DNA of 24,401 bases from a virus (IMGVR_UViG_2802429219_000006:1-24401), one strand, 5' to 3'. Shown: positions 15,964-23,681, numbered from the stretch's first letter. Notes: generated by a model from the letters alone, not told the origin. Numbers and translations: made by a program.

Positions 15964-17000
15964 AGCGATAAGCGCACGCTTGCGGTAGTCCAGCGCATTT
16001 TCACCAGAAAACGGTGCTGGCGCGTTTTTACCGCAGGCACTGAATGCAGAGTCGGCTTTTCCTGCGCTTCTGCCAAGGCAGAATCATTGCGTTCTTTTTC
16101 TGCCTCCTCGTCGGCCTTACGCTGTTCTTCTGCTTCGGAATCAGCCTTTGCTTTCTCCTCAGCGTCTTTAGCTGCCGCCTCGTCAGCTTTGGCTTTTTCT
16201 TCCGCCTCCTTTGCCGCAGCTTCATCAGCTTTACGCTGTTCCTCTGCGGCTTCATCGGCTTTGGCCTTTTCTTCGGCCTCTTTTTTCGCCTGCTCTTCAG
16301 CATCCGCCCGCGCTTTGTCCCGCTGTTCCAGTGAGTCCATGCGCGTGACTACTCCATCGATTTTCTGATTAATGCCGCTCAGGGCATCGTTCACCACCCC
16401 CTGTAACAGGGCCTGGAGTTCTTCTTTTTCCATCTCAATTTCACCTGTATTTGTCACTTCAACCCCTGCGGGGATCCGGTCTTTATCCCACACGCCCAGC
16501 GAGCCGTGGTCTTTCGTCACCAGGGCGATGTGATCAACAAGGAAAGGAACGCCTTCGATTAAAAAATTGGTGTCACCTTCCTGTACTTCCACATTTCCTG
16601 ATGTGCTGTTGAACACCACCGACGGGCTTGTCGAAACATCCCCCTCGGTGATTTCTTCAACAATGCTCTGGAGGTAAACGCGGCACACCGCCCATACCTC
16701 ATCACCCCGGATATACGGCAGCATGACGCTACCGACGATCCGCGATTTAAAGTCCTCCTCCGTCAGAACTGCGTCGTCAGGATGGTTTGCGATAACCGGA
16801 AGGCCATTGCATCGCCTTAAAAACTCCTCGTTCAGATAGAGCTTTGGATCACGCCAGACGTGCTCTTTCAGCCCGGCGCGATAGGCAAGCCCGGTTCCGG
16901 TTATTCGCAAATTCACCAGCCACATGTTGGAGAATTTCACCGGAGACGGTACGGTTCCGTCCCTGATGCGTTCTGCCACTTCAAGCTCGGTTAAACTCAC
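15840..17000 (-). CDS. Prohead scaffold / protease-like protein with Ala/Glu/Lys coiled-coil repeats; apparent frame break near the 3' end
   Basis: 386-codon ORF with GTG start at 17000 and a GGAGAAGGG Shine-Dalgarno. Contains the repeat AEEKAKADEAA / AEEQRKADEAA. The last ~55 codons (…RQHRFLVKMRWTTASVRLSLCRNTLRHIR…) look like out-of-frame translation. Confidence 0.55.
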   Translation of the reverse strand: MSLTELEVAERIRDGTVPSPVKFSNMWLVNLRITGTGLAYRAGLKEHVWRDPKLYLNEEFLRRCNGLPVIANHPDDAVLTEEDFKSRIVGSVMLPYIRGDEVWAVCRVYLQSIVEEITEGDVSTSPSVVFNSTSGNVEVQEGDTNFLIEGVPFLVDHIALVTKDHGSLGVWDKDRIPAGVEVTNTGEIEMEKEELQALLQGVVNDALSGINQKIDGVVTRMDSLEQRDKARADAEEQAKKEAEEKAKADEAAEEQRKADEAAAKEAEEKAKADEAAAKDAEEKAKADSEAEEQRKADEEAEKERNDSALAEAQEKPTLHSVPAVKTRQHRFLVKMRWTTASVRLSLCRNTLRHIRTSIFARLRILQRWLCLKTQFSVPPVSPSKKK

Positions 17001-17814
17001 GTTTGCCCTTCTCCGTTAAAAATTCGTCGGGTAGTTTCTGAGGGGCGTAGATCGGCAGTGCATCGCAACTGCAATAAACCTCCTCCCCGGCAGCAGTGAT
17101 TTCGTCATAAAAACCATATACGGGCTTAATCAGCCCCTGCTCCAGCGCCCACGAATCGCGGAGGAGATAAATTTTCTCGTCGCGCTCTTTGTGGTCCTGT
17201 CGGTATTTGTAGCCCGGACGCCGCCAGTTAGAATGCCAGCGCAGAGCAATCGCTCCACTCTGAACAGCCAGCAGATACTTAACGTTGCTTGCCAGCTTAT
17301 GCCCCTGGTCAATTGCCACCCGACGACTGATAAAATCCATATCCTTCACGGATTTCTGAAACCCGGACTTCACTTCCCGGCGATCAATTTCGCTCACCCC
17401 GTCAGGCGGAATGGACGTAACCCACCCCTGAAAACGCTGTATGGTTTTCTCGATGGCCTGTTCGCGGTTGAGTTTTATCAGGTTGGCACTGGCGAAAATT
17501 CGCCTGTCGAGTTCCTTGCGAAACTCAGGTTTCAGTTTTTCAACAGTGATTTTTTTTGGGCCGTCAGGAGGCTGATCCCGTAATGCCCCGCCGTCGATGA
17601 CAAGACGGCTGTAGATAGCGGTGAGGTGTTTTCTGGCTACGGTATCATCAGGGGTTTCTCGCTGAGCGGCTACACGGAGTTTCCGGCACCATTCGAGCAA
17701 TGATTTTTCGCTATCCCACCCGCGATTTACGTAGTAGTTAACGGCATCCGTCAGAACCTCATACAGCGTCCTGATCCGTTTCTTCTTCCTCACCGCCCGG
17801 CTGGAAATTGCCAT
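16981..17814 (-). CDS. Head morphogenesis / minor head protein (putative)
   Basis: ORF 16981-17952 in the track. I prefer the ATG at 17814 (MAISSRAVRKKKR...), which has an AGGAGA Shine-Dalgarno and overlaps the acidic portal C-terminus by about 56 nt. Confidence 0.45.
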   Translation of the reverse strand: MAISSRAVRKKKRIRTLYEVLTDAVNYYVNRGWDSEKSLLEWCRKLRVAAQRETPDDTVARKHLTAIYSRLVIDGGALRDQPPDGPKKITVEKLKPEFRKELDRRIFASANLIKLNREQAIEKTIQRFQGWVTSIPPDGVSEIDRREVKSGFQKSVKDMDFISRRVAIDQGHKLASNVKYLLAVQSGAIALRWHSNWRRPGYKYRQDHKERDEKIYLLRDSWALEQGLIKPVYGFYDEITAAGEEVYCSCDALPIYAPQKLPDEFLTEKGKREFNRA

Positions 17815-19195
17815 CAGGCGTCTCCTGCTTCGGTGGTTCATAATTCGCCAGCGCGTCCACATCAATGATGAGTGGAGCTTCGCCATAGGTTTGCGTGGCA
17901 TTAACAAGGCTTGCCAGCCATTCAGCGAGGGCGGCGCGGTTTTCAGGATCAACCTGTGGCGACACGGCAGAGAAAAGTGCTATCGCCTGTTGAATCACTT
18001 TACTGTCGCTTTCCCGGCGTTTGTCCGGCGACTCCTCAACCAGCTCCTGCCACGTCGCGGTAAATTCACGTCGCCACTGGTAAAACGTGGTTTTATAGTC
18101 GTCTGTTATGATGTCCGGGTAATCATTTTTCAGCGACTGATAAAATTCCTCGTTCCAGGCGATGTACTGCACCAGGCGTTCGAAATAATCCATCACAGGT
18201 TCAATCTGCTGGCGTACACCATCGATATACTGGCTGATAGCTTTCGAGTCCTCCTTACCTTCACCGAATCCGTTACTGAACGCTTCTTCCTTGATAATAA
18301 TGGCCGGAACGTCACTCCCGGCGGCAATATCAGCAATGATGTTGTCGCGGGATGTATTCAGCGCCCCGTCGATGTTTTGCAGGTTCAGTGAACTTACGTC
18401 TTCGTCTTTTCCAATACTCAACACGCCTTTATTTTTGGCGGCTTTCACGTTTTCCCTTTTACGCCCCGTGGCAGCAGCCATGATCCCGTCAATTTTCGAA
18501 CCGTTCTGCACAACTTTAGCCACCAGTACGCCTGCCTTCTGGCTGACGAGATCATTCGCCTCCATCGTATTGATATAGGATTTCAGGGAATAAAGAACTC
18601 GCTGAAACACGCTTCGCCCGGTGAATCCGAACGATGAACTCTGAAACTCCAGATAAATCGGTGTGCCGTTGAAGATTTTCAGTGTGCGTGACGGATGCCA
18701 GTCTTTTCCGCCAATCTTCAGTTTTTTATTGGCTTCCTGGAAAAACGGGCTGTTGGGGTTCTGGTCAGTCACCATCGAACCGGAAGCGTTCAACGGGTCC
18801 CACGCGTTGATATACACGTCATCTTCTGTCAGTCCGAACGTCGGAAGCGGTTCACGACATGAAACACTGTCGGTGCCCACGCCGATCGCTGCGGCACCGT
18901 AGCAACGAGACAGAAAAAACAGATTTTTAATCTTCTCGTTAACCTTCATACGTTCCCATACCTCCTGGAAACGCCGCACAACCCGCTCGTCAGGGTCTGT
19001 CTCCACGTTGTACTGGCGCGGCTTACACATCGCCATAAGTATGGGTTTTTCGACAAGTTTCCCGCCCAGCGGGTGGTACTGCCACAGCAGTTTACACAGT
19101 TCATAGCCAATGTCGGTTCCCGGCTGAATTTCTTCAGCCTCAAGAATGCGCATCAGCGAAGAACTGAGATTTACAGAAATCTCGATCTCAGCCAT
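17759..19195 (-). CDS. Portal protein
   Basis: 478-codon ORF immediately downstream of the large terminase gene, with an acidic C-terminal tail (GGEEEETDQDAV). Position and size are typical. Confidence 0.7.
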   Translation of the reverse strand: MAEIEISVNLSSSLMRILEAEEIQPGTDIGYELCKLLWQYHPLGGKLVEKPILMAMCKPRQYNVETDPDERVVRRFQEVWERMKVNEKIKNLFFLSRCYGAAAIGVGTDSVSCREPLPTFGLTEDDVYINAWDPLNASGSMVTDQNPNSPFFQEANKKLKIGGKDWHPSRTLKIFNGTPIYLEFQSSSFGFTGRSVFQRVLYSLKSYINTMEANDLVSQKAGVLVAKVVQNGSKIDGIMAAATGRKRENVKAAKNKGVLSIGKDEDVSSLNLQNIDGALNTSRDNIIADIAAGSDVPAIIIKEEAFSNGFGEGKEDSKAISQYIDGVRQQIEPVMDYFERLVQYIAWNEEFYQSLKNDYPDIITDDYKTTFYQWRREFTATWQELVEESPDKRRESDSKVIQQAIALFSAVSPQVDPENRAALAEWLASLVNATQTYGEAPLIIDVDALANYEPPKQETPDGNFQPGGEEEETDQDAV

Positions 19196-19214
19196 CAGAA
19201 AAAAATCCAGATTT

Positions 19215-20543
19215 TTACAATTCCGCGTAATTACCGTGCGCGATGATCAATCCATAGGTGTAACAATCGAAAAGGTCATCAGCACGTTTATGCGCATCTT
19301 TGTCTGCCAGGTGGAACCCGGCGATTTGTTTTATGAGGTGGTTTGCGGTGGTGCGTTTGAATGAAACGGTCTTGTCGTAAGCCTCCCGGACGATTTTGCA
19401 CATCCCCTGATAGTGGTAGCTGGATGCCATCACCGCCCGTTCGTCTTTGCCCTTGCTGGTTAGTGCCGATTTAATCGGCGTCATATCCCAGCCTTCGGTT
19501 TCCGCCTTCTGGTTGAGAATTGCCCCCATCGCGGCGTCTTCCATAAAAATTCCCTGGCTGCCCAGACGCGGACGGCATAATTTCGCGAGGCGCTCGAGGT
19601 TGTCATAAACGCCGGGGATATATTCAGGAAGCAATGACGCTTTAATTTGCGTCACATCCCAGTCAATAATCGTCAGTTTTGGCTCGTCCGAATACGTTGA
19701 CTCATAAGAGAAATACACCACGCCAGTACCATCATTTTCGGTCCCGCCTTTCAGCGCCGTATCCATCACTGCGAAAATCATGTCGCAGTACAGCGGCATC
19801 TCAATTGGTTGGCCGTCCACCAGCAGCTTATCGACATCGAGTAACGCGTCTTTGGACCAGTCCACGAACTCTGCAAGATATTCCTGCTGCCAGACGCGCG
19901 GATCGGATTTCTTCTCCGTTTCCTCCAGTTCTTCTTTCGGAATATACGGATTCGATGAAGTTGGCGCATGATGCATGACAAATCCCAGGGATTCATCGTG
20001 GCATATCGCGTAGAAAAAATTGCTCTCGTCGATACCGTTTGGTGTGGAAAATACCCACGCACAGCCGCGGTAATCGACAAGCGTCGGGCGTATCGCTCGG
20101 GGCCAGATTTCCTCGAGCATTTCCGGCGATTTAGTGAATGCGGCCTCATCAATCAGCACAGCGTGATATTTACGCCCACGCCCGGCCAGTTTGTTATTGT
20201 CCGTTACCCAAAAGTCGATGCGCCCCCCATTACGGAGAATGATGCGCTTTTCATTTTTTGACTGACTGAGGATCAGCGGTTGCAGAACGGCGCTAATTTC
20301 ATCCCAGATTTCCTGGTACTGGCGGTATTGCGCGGTAAAAATCCCCACCCTACCCGCGATAAGTTGCCCGGTGGTAGGAACGGCAAATTTCCGCGTCGCG
20401 AAACTGGTAGCGATGTTTACCAGCATCACCGTTTTACCCCAGCGACGACCACAGCATACCGCGTGGAAGCGTTCCTCTATTGCCGCCGTCCATGCAGCTA
20501 TTTGCCCCTCATGAGGTTTTGGGAGGTAGATTTCAATCGACAT
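19215..20543 (-). CDS. Terminase large subunit
   Basis: 442-codon ORF with an N-terminal Walker A-like motif (CCGRRWGKT) and a ...VLIDEAAF... Walker B-like segment. Overlaps the small subunit gene end. Confidence 0.85.
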   Translation of the reverse strand: MSIEIYLPKPHEGQIAAWTAAIEERFHAVCCGRRWGKTVMLVNIATSFATRKFAVPTTGQLIAGRVGIFTAQYRQYQEIWDEISAVLQPLILSQSKNEKRIILRNGGRIDFWVTDNNKLAGRGRKYHAVLIDEAAFTKSPEMLEEIWPRAIRPTLVDYRGCAWVFSTPNGIDESNFFYAICHDESLGFVMHHAPTSSNPYIPKEELEETEKKSDPRVWQQEYLAEFVDWSKDALLDVDKLLVDGQPIEMPLYCDMIFAVMDTALKGGTENDGTGVVYFSYESTYSDEPKLTIIDWDVTQIKASLLPEYIPGVYDNLERLAKLCRPRLGSQGIFMEDAAMGAILNQKAETEGWDMTPIKSALTSKGKDERAVMASSYHYQGMCKIVREAYDKTVSFKRTTANHLIKQIAGFHLADKDAHKRADDLFDCYTYGLIIAHGNYAEL

Positions 20544-21672
20544 TATCCACTCCCGGCATCGGCAGAGAGTTGTGGATAATTATTTCGTTATTCTCACCAC
20601 CCACGCCTTTTTTGAGGTTTTCAATCTCAGTGCGCAGCTTTTCGTTGCGAAGCCTCAGTCCTTCAAGCTCCAGATCATTGCGACTGTCAGTTGCACCACC
20701 AGCAGAACTTCCTTTCGTCGCCATTATCAGCTTGATAAGTTCGCGCCGGGCGGCAGCCTTATCCTCCAGCAGGATCTCAACACCAAATTTCCCGAGTTTT
20801 GCCCCTGCATATAATTGTCGCGCATCCCCATCAAGCAGAGTGGTATCAGCCATATAAAGCTGTCCCGTTCCCTCACCGCAGCACTTCGGGCAGTCCGGAT
20901 TGGGTATGGCGTTATCAACAAAGCCAAGGCCTCCATATTCCGGCTCGGGTTTGCCATCTCTGGAGGCCTGTGCCGCTGCCTTATCGAATTCTGCAATATC
21001 ACGCCACTGGTAGAGGTGATTCTCGCCCCAGCAATAACGGCAGTTAACACGGCGAAATTGTGCCAACTGATTGGGGTCGGCCTGGACGATGGCCATCAAC
21101 TGACTCACCAGCAAATCCAGGTCTGCGGTATAGCGTTTCTGGTACTGATTGCGGAAGTAGCTGATAGCGCGAAAAACCTTATCATTTCTTATCAGGCGAC
21201 TGGCATTTGCGTACAACCCCTGACCTAAATCTGAATATCCTGCGTCACGGTAAGCCGTGGCCAGTTTTTTCCCTTGAGCAACCAGCATGGCGAATTTTGC
21301 CTGCTGGTCAGAAATGCCGAATTCATCAGGGGTGAAAGGGATATCAGCATCACTAGGCAACAAGCTGAAGCTGGTATTTTTAGAACCGTTTTTGGATGTC
21401 CGGGCATCGTTACATCCCGAACTTTTTTGCTCTTTTCCTGACTGCGAATTCGCGATTTTTTTGGGGTCTTTTTTTCGCGATTTTTTTCCCGAATTCGCGA
21501 TTTTTCCTCCACTTCCTGAAAGGAGAGCTTTAGCAGCCTTTATCGTGATATGGTTTTTCGCAGTTCCCCATGAATGGCCTTCTCTGTCACTCCACTCTTT
21601 AGGCTTTATTCCCGTCTGTCGCCATTCGTTTGCAAACCGGGATAATTCCTCACCCCAGTTCGTCCTGGCCAT
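20533..21672 (-). CDS. Terminase small subunit with extended N-terminal region
   Basis: 379-codon ORF with an AGGAGG Shine-Dalgarno. Central block ...AYRDAGYSDLGQGLYANASRLIRNDKVFRAI... matches the AGYS...A.RL..N..V..AI pattern I recall for small terminase subunits. It is directly upstream of the large subunit gene. Confidence 0.7.
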   Translation of the reverse strand: MARTNWGEELSRFANEWRQTGIKPKEWSDREGHSWGTAKNHITIKAAKALLSGSGGKIANSGKKSRKKDPKKIANSQSGKEQKSSGCNDARTSKNGSKNTSFSLLPSDADIPFTPDEFGISDQQAKFAMLVAQGKKLATAYRDAGYSDLGQGLYANASRLIRNDKVFRAISYFRNQYQKRYTADLDLLVSQLMAIVQADPNQLAQFRRVNCRYCWGENHLYQWRDIAEFDKAAAQASRDGKPEPEYGGLGFVDNAIPNPDCPKCCGEGTGQLYMADTTLLDGDARQLYAGAKLGKFGVEILLEDKAAARRELIKLIMATKGSSAGGATDSRNDLELEGLRLRNEKLRTEIENLKKGVGGENNEIIIHNSLPMPGVDNVD

Positions 21673-21733
21673 ACGGATTTACCTCCTGGGCTAAAAAGTT
21701 TTTTCATCAACAGAAATCTGTCAAAAGGAAATA

Positions 21734-21789
21734 AAAGCTCGCTATCGGCCAGTGCGCTGGGTGCGCGGCGGGTGCTGATAACGAGCTTT
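21734..21789 (-). terminator. Large imperfect hairpin with U-rich tail upstream of the small terminase gene (terminator-like)
   Basis: AAAGCTCG (21734-21741) pairs with CGAGCTTT (21782-21789), with further inner pairing TATC/GATA. On the minus strand it is followed by TTTTATTTCCTTTT. Confidence 0.35.
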
Positions 21790-21829
21790 GGCATTATCGC
21801 AGCCCCTCACAGAAGAGCTGCTGTAATGC

Positions 21830-22009
21830 CTAACCATCCTGATGTTGTTGTGATTTCGCATTAACTAAGTCAATGAAGTCCAGGCACATTTCAAGACGAT
21901 GACCATGATCATCGACAAAGTTATAACGCCGAAATATATCAATAATTTCATTGGGACTTTTCCCCGCAATATGAGGATATTGTTTTGATTCGTAATTATG
22001 TTTCATCAT
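21830..22009 (-). CDS. Small hypothetical protein (59 aa)
   Basis: ORF 21830-22042 in the track. The internal ATG-ATG at 22009 has a GGAGA Shine-Dalgarno 4-5 nt upstream. Product MMKHNYESKQYPHIAGKSPNEIIDIFRRYNFVDDHGHRLEMCLDFIDLVNAK... looks protein-like. Confidence 0.4.
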   Translation of the reverse strand: MMKHNYESKQYPHIAGKSPNEIIDIFRRYNFVDDHGHRLEMCLDFIDLVNAKSQQHQDG

Positions 22010-22197
22010 CAAATCTCCAGTCAGTTGGGTATGATTCAGCAACTCTCACACTGGAAATAGCCTTTCACAATGGAGGTATCTATCAATACTCTGGTGTTCC
22101 ATCCAGGATCTATCAGGGTCTTATGAATGCCAGTTCAAAAGGCCAGTATTTTCACCAATTCATTAAAAATGTGTATCCATACCGTAAGGTAGGCTAA
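21985..22197 (+). CDS. KTSC-domain small protein
   Basis: 70-codon ORF with a TTG start. ...VSSSNLQSVGYDSATLTLEIAFHNGGIYQYSGVPSRIYQGLMNASSKGQYFHQFIKNVYPY matches the KTSC-domain consensus as I remember it. Confidence 0.6.
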   Translation: MIRNYVSSSNLQSVGYDSATLTLEIAFHNGGIYQYSGVPSRIYQGLMNASSKGQYFHQFIKNVYPYRKVG

Positions 22198-22323
22198 CCT
22201 TCAGTGGGGGAGAAGAGCATCCCCCACATTCATATATCAACCAGATTAGATAACAGAATTTCATGCTTCCTAGACAATGGCGCCCCTTCATTTTTCAGCG
22301 AAATATTCTGCTCTTACGGGCGA

Positions 22324-22506
22324 TCAGTTCTGCAGACACTGCCGGACACTATCAACAATTTCGCAGACCTGAGAAGCTGTATCGAAAAGCTGGCGCGCCT
22401 TATCTAGGCTGACGCACCCCACCAATAAAAAAGGCACCAGTATCGCTACCAGTGCCCATTTTGCCGCCGCTCGCGGCATTCTGTGTGTCCAGTGTTTTCG
22501 GCTCAT
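22324..22506 (-). CDS. Small putative lipoprotein
   Basis: 60-codon ORF. N-terminus has basic residues, a hydrophobic stretch and an LLVGC lipobox; the mature part would be about 29 aa with two further Cys. Its ATG lies 1 nt after the stop of the upstream 37-codon ORF. Confidence 0.45.
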   Translation of the reverse strand: MSRKHWTHRMPRAAAKWALVAILVPFLLVGCVSLDKARQLFDTASQVCEIVDSVRQCLQN

Positions 22507-22507
22507 A

Positions 22508-22621
22508 TCACCACCAACGCACAGCCCAAATCAGAACAGCGACCGCCACAAGGCGAATTGCAAAGGCCGCAGCCCTTGTCAAATCAAGGCTCGCGGGAGT
22601 TTCCACTTCAATACCTTTCAT
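22508..22621 (-). CDS. Small transmembrane peptide (37 aa), not in the ORF track
   Basis: My own translation of the minus strand: ATG at 22621, MKGIEVETPASLDLTRAAAFAIRLVAVAVLIWAVRWW, stop TGA then T then the ATG of the lipoprotein ORF. GAGG Shine-Dalgarno-like element upstream. Confidence 0.35.
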   Translation of the reverse strand: MKGIEVETPASLDLTRAAAFAIRLVAVAVLIWAVRWW

Positions 22622-22712
22622 AATGGACAACCTCAAAAAGAATCTTTTATACTTTCCCACGAGGATTTTCTCCGTACTCACTACTCACAATTTCCTCTTT
22701 GACGTGAAAACT

Positions 22713-22747
22713 AAAAACCCCGGACTGTTCCAGCAGCCGGGGTTTTT
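22713..22747. terminator. Bidirectional intrinsic terminator
   Basis: AAAAACCCCGG-actgttccagcag-CCGGGGTTTTT: an 11-bp stem flanked by an A-tract and a T-tract, so it gives a hairpin plus U-run on both strands. Located just downstream of the endolysin gene. Confidence 0.6.
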
Positions 22748-22840
22748 GCTATCTGATGCTGTACCCCTTACTTTCGCTCATAGTAACCCCAGAAAAGAGC
22801 CTCCGTGAGTTGAGGGTGTTCAGCACTTCAGCGTCAGTTT

Positions 22841-23386
22841 TTAAACTGCTACGCGCTCTTTCATCCAGCCGTAGACAAACGACTCGTTGGCCTCGCGTTT
22901 TTCTGCCAGCTCCAGATAGCGGTCGCCCTGCGTGCAATTCAGCGCCTTCAGCATCACCAGTTCGCCGTCTTTGCCGCGTTTTTGCAGATAAGTCCGTAGT
23001 GCATTAATCGTGCGGGGGCCGATACGCCCGTCTGCGTCCATATCCGGGAACAATTTGCCTTGCAGGTTGAAAACGTTCAGCCAGCGTTGGAGCATTTTCG
23101 ATGCTACGGACGGCCCCATATTCACACCGGTATCACACAACTCTGCAGCAATATCAGAGGATAATGCGGCCACCTGATCAAAGCGTGGTCCGAACCAGTA
23201 ATCCGCCTCAAGGATTTCCAGCGCCTGTTCGCGTGTCAGGTCACGCATATCGCCCTGATATCCGTGAGCGCGGGCGACTTTTTCCGTAATACCCCATTTT
23301 GTCGGTCCGCCTTTATCATCCGGGTGATTGACGTAACCGCCCTCTTTTCCCAGAACTTCGTCAAAAATTTCATCTTTCGACTTCAT
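22841..23386 (-). CDS. Endolysin, GH108-type lysozyme with peptidoglycan-binding C-terminal domain
   Basis: ORF 22841-23407 in the track. I prefer the ATG at 23386 (MKSKDEIFDEVLGKEGGYVNHPDDKGGPTKWGIT...), the typical GH108 N-terminal motif; the downstream ...ADGRIGPRTINAL... resembles a PG-binding domain. The start is 1 nt after the upstream membrane protein's stop. Confidence 0.8.
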   Translation of the reverse strand: MKSKDEIFDEVLGKEGGYVNHPDDKGGPTKWGITEKVARAHGYQGDMRDLTREQALEILEADYWFGPRFDQVAALSSDIAAELCDTGVNMGPSVASKMLQRWLNVFNLQGKLFPDMDADGRIGPRTINALRTYLQKRGKDGELVMLKALNCTQGDRYLELAEKREANESFVYGWMKERVAV

Positions 23387-23387
23387 A

Positions 23388-23681
23388 TCAGCGCCTTCGT
23401 AATACAAAGATTTTTGAAACGTTCCCGCGTGCGCGAATCACCAACACGCAGAACAGCAGATTAAGCCCCACCGCCAGCCAGTTCGCCGCTAACGGGCGAC
23501 CGCACAGATAGCTGAGGGGCGCAAAGGCATAAAGCAGCATCAGCAGCCAGGCCAGCCATGACATCAGCGGTTTATGTCTGGAATCACGGCGACGATAAAA
23601 AAAGAGCGTCAGCACGATAACCGTGCATAACGCCACATTCAGCAATCCGGGAAGGTTACTTAACATTATCGCCTCCTCCAC
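23388..23681 (-). CDS. Membrane protein with about 3 predicted TM helices (holin or antiholin candidate)
   Basis: 97-codon ORF directly upstream of the endolysin. Hydrophobic segments LPGLLNVALCTVIVLTLFFY, LMSWLAWLLMLLYAFAPLSYL and LAANWLAVGLNLLFCVLVI; basic C-terminus. Confidence 0.5.
   Translation of the reverse strand: MEEAIMLSNLPGLLNVALCTVIVLTLFFYRRRDSRHKPLMSWLAWLLMLLYAFAPLSYLCGRPLAANWLAVGLNLLFCVLVIRARGNVSKIFVLRRR

Noticed and set aside
15700-16368. Plus-strand 222-aa ORF rich in Ser/Ala repeats, plus 16044-16334 (+) and 16028-16303 (-)
   Set aside because: They are the antisense or alternate-frame shadows of the Ala/Glu/Lys tandem repeats in the scaffold gene; the repetitive composition is an artefact of the repeat DNA.
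20480-21228. Several ORFs (20480-20857 +, 20572-20814 +, 20727-21050 -, 20799-21047 +, 20815-21228 +) inside the small terminase gene
   Set aside because: All overlap the well-supported small terminase frame, which has the Shine-Dalgarno and conserved motifs; their products are Arg/Ser-rich or low in complexity.
21400-21520. Possible CRISPR-like or tandem repeat array
   Set aside because: Only three short, imperfect motif copies with irregular spacing, inside a coding region and with no adjacent cas genes; better explained as a protein or terminase binding site.
21606-21794. Minus-strand 62-aa ORF overlapping the small terminase start region
   Set aside because: It runs through the small terminase Shine-Dalgarno and start and through the upstream hairpin in another frame; no independent support.
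22204-22407. Plus-strand 67-aa ORF after the KTSC gene
   Set aside because: It starts inside the GC hairpin, has no RBS and overlaps the better-supported minus-strand lipoprotein ORF; probably not translated, though not excluded.
22452-22808. Plus-strand 118-aa ORF
   Set aside because: It spans the bidirectional terminator and overlaps the minus-strand lipoprotein and TM-peptide ORFs; considered spurious.
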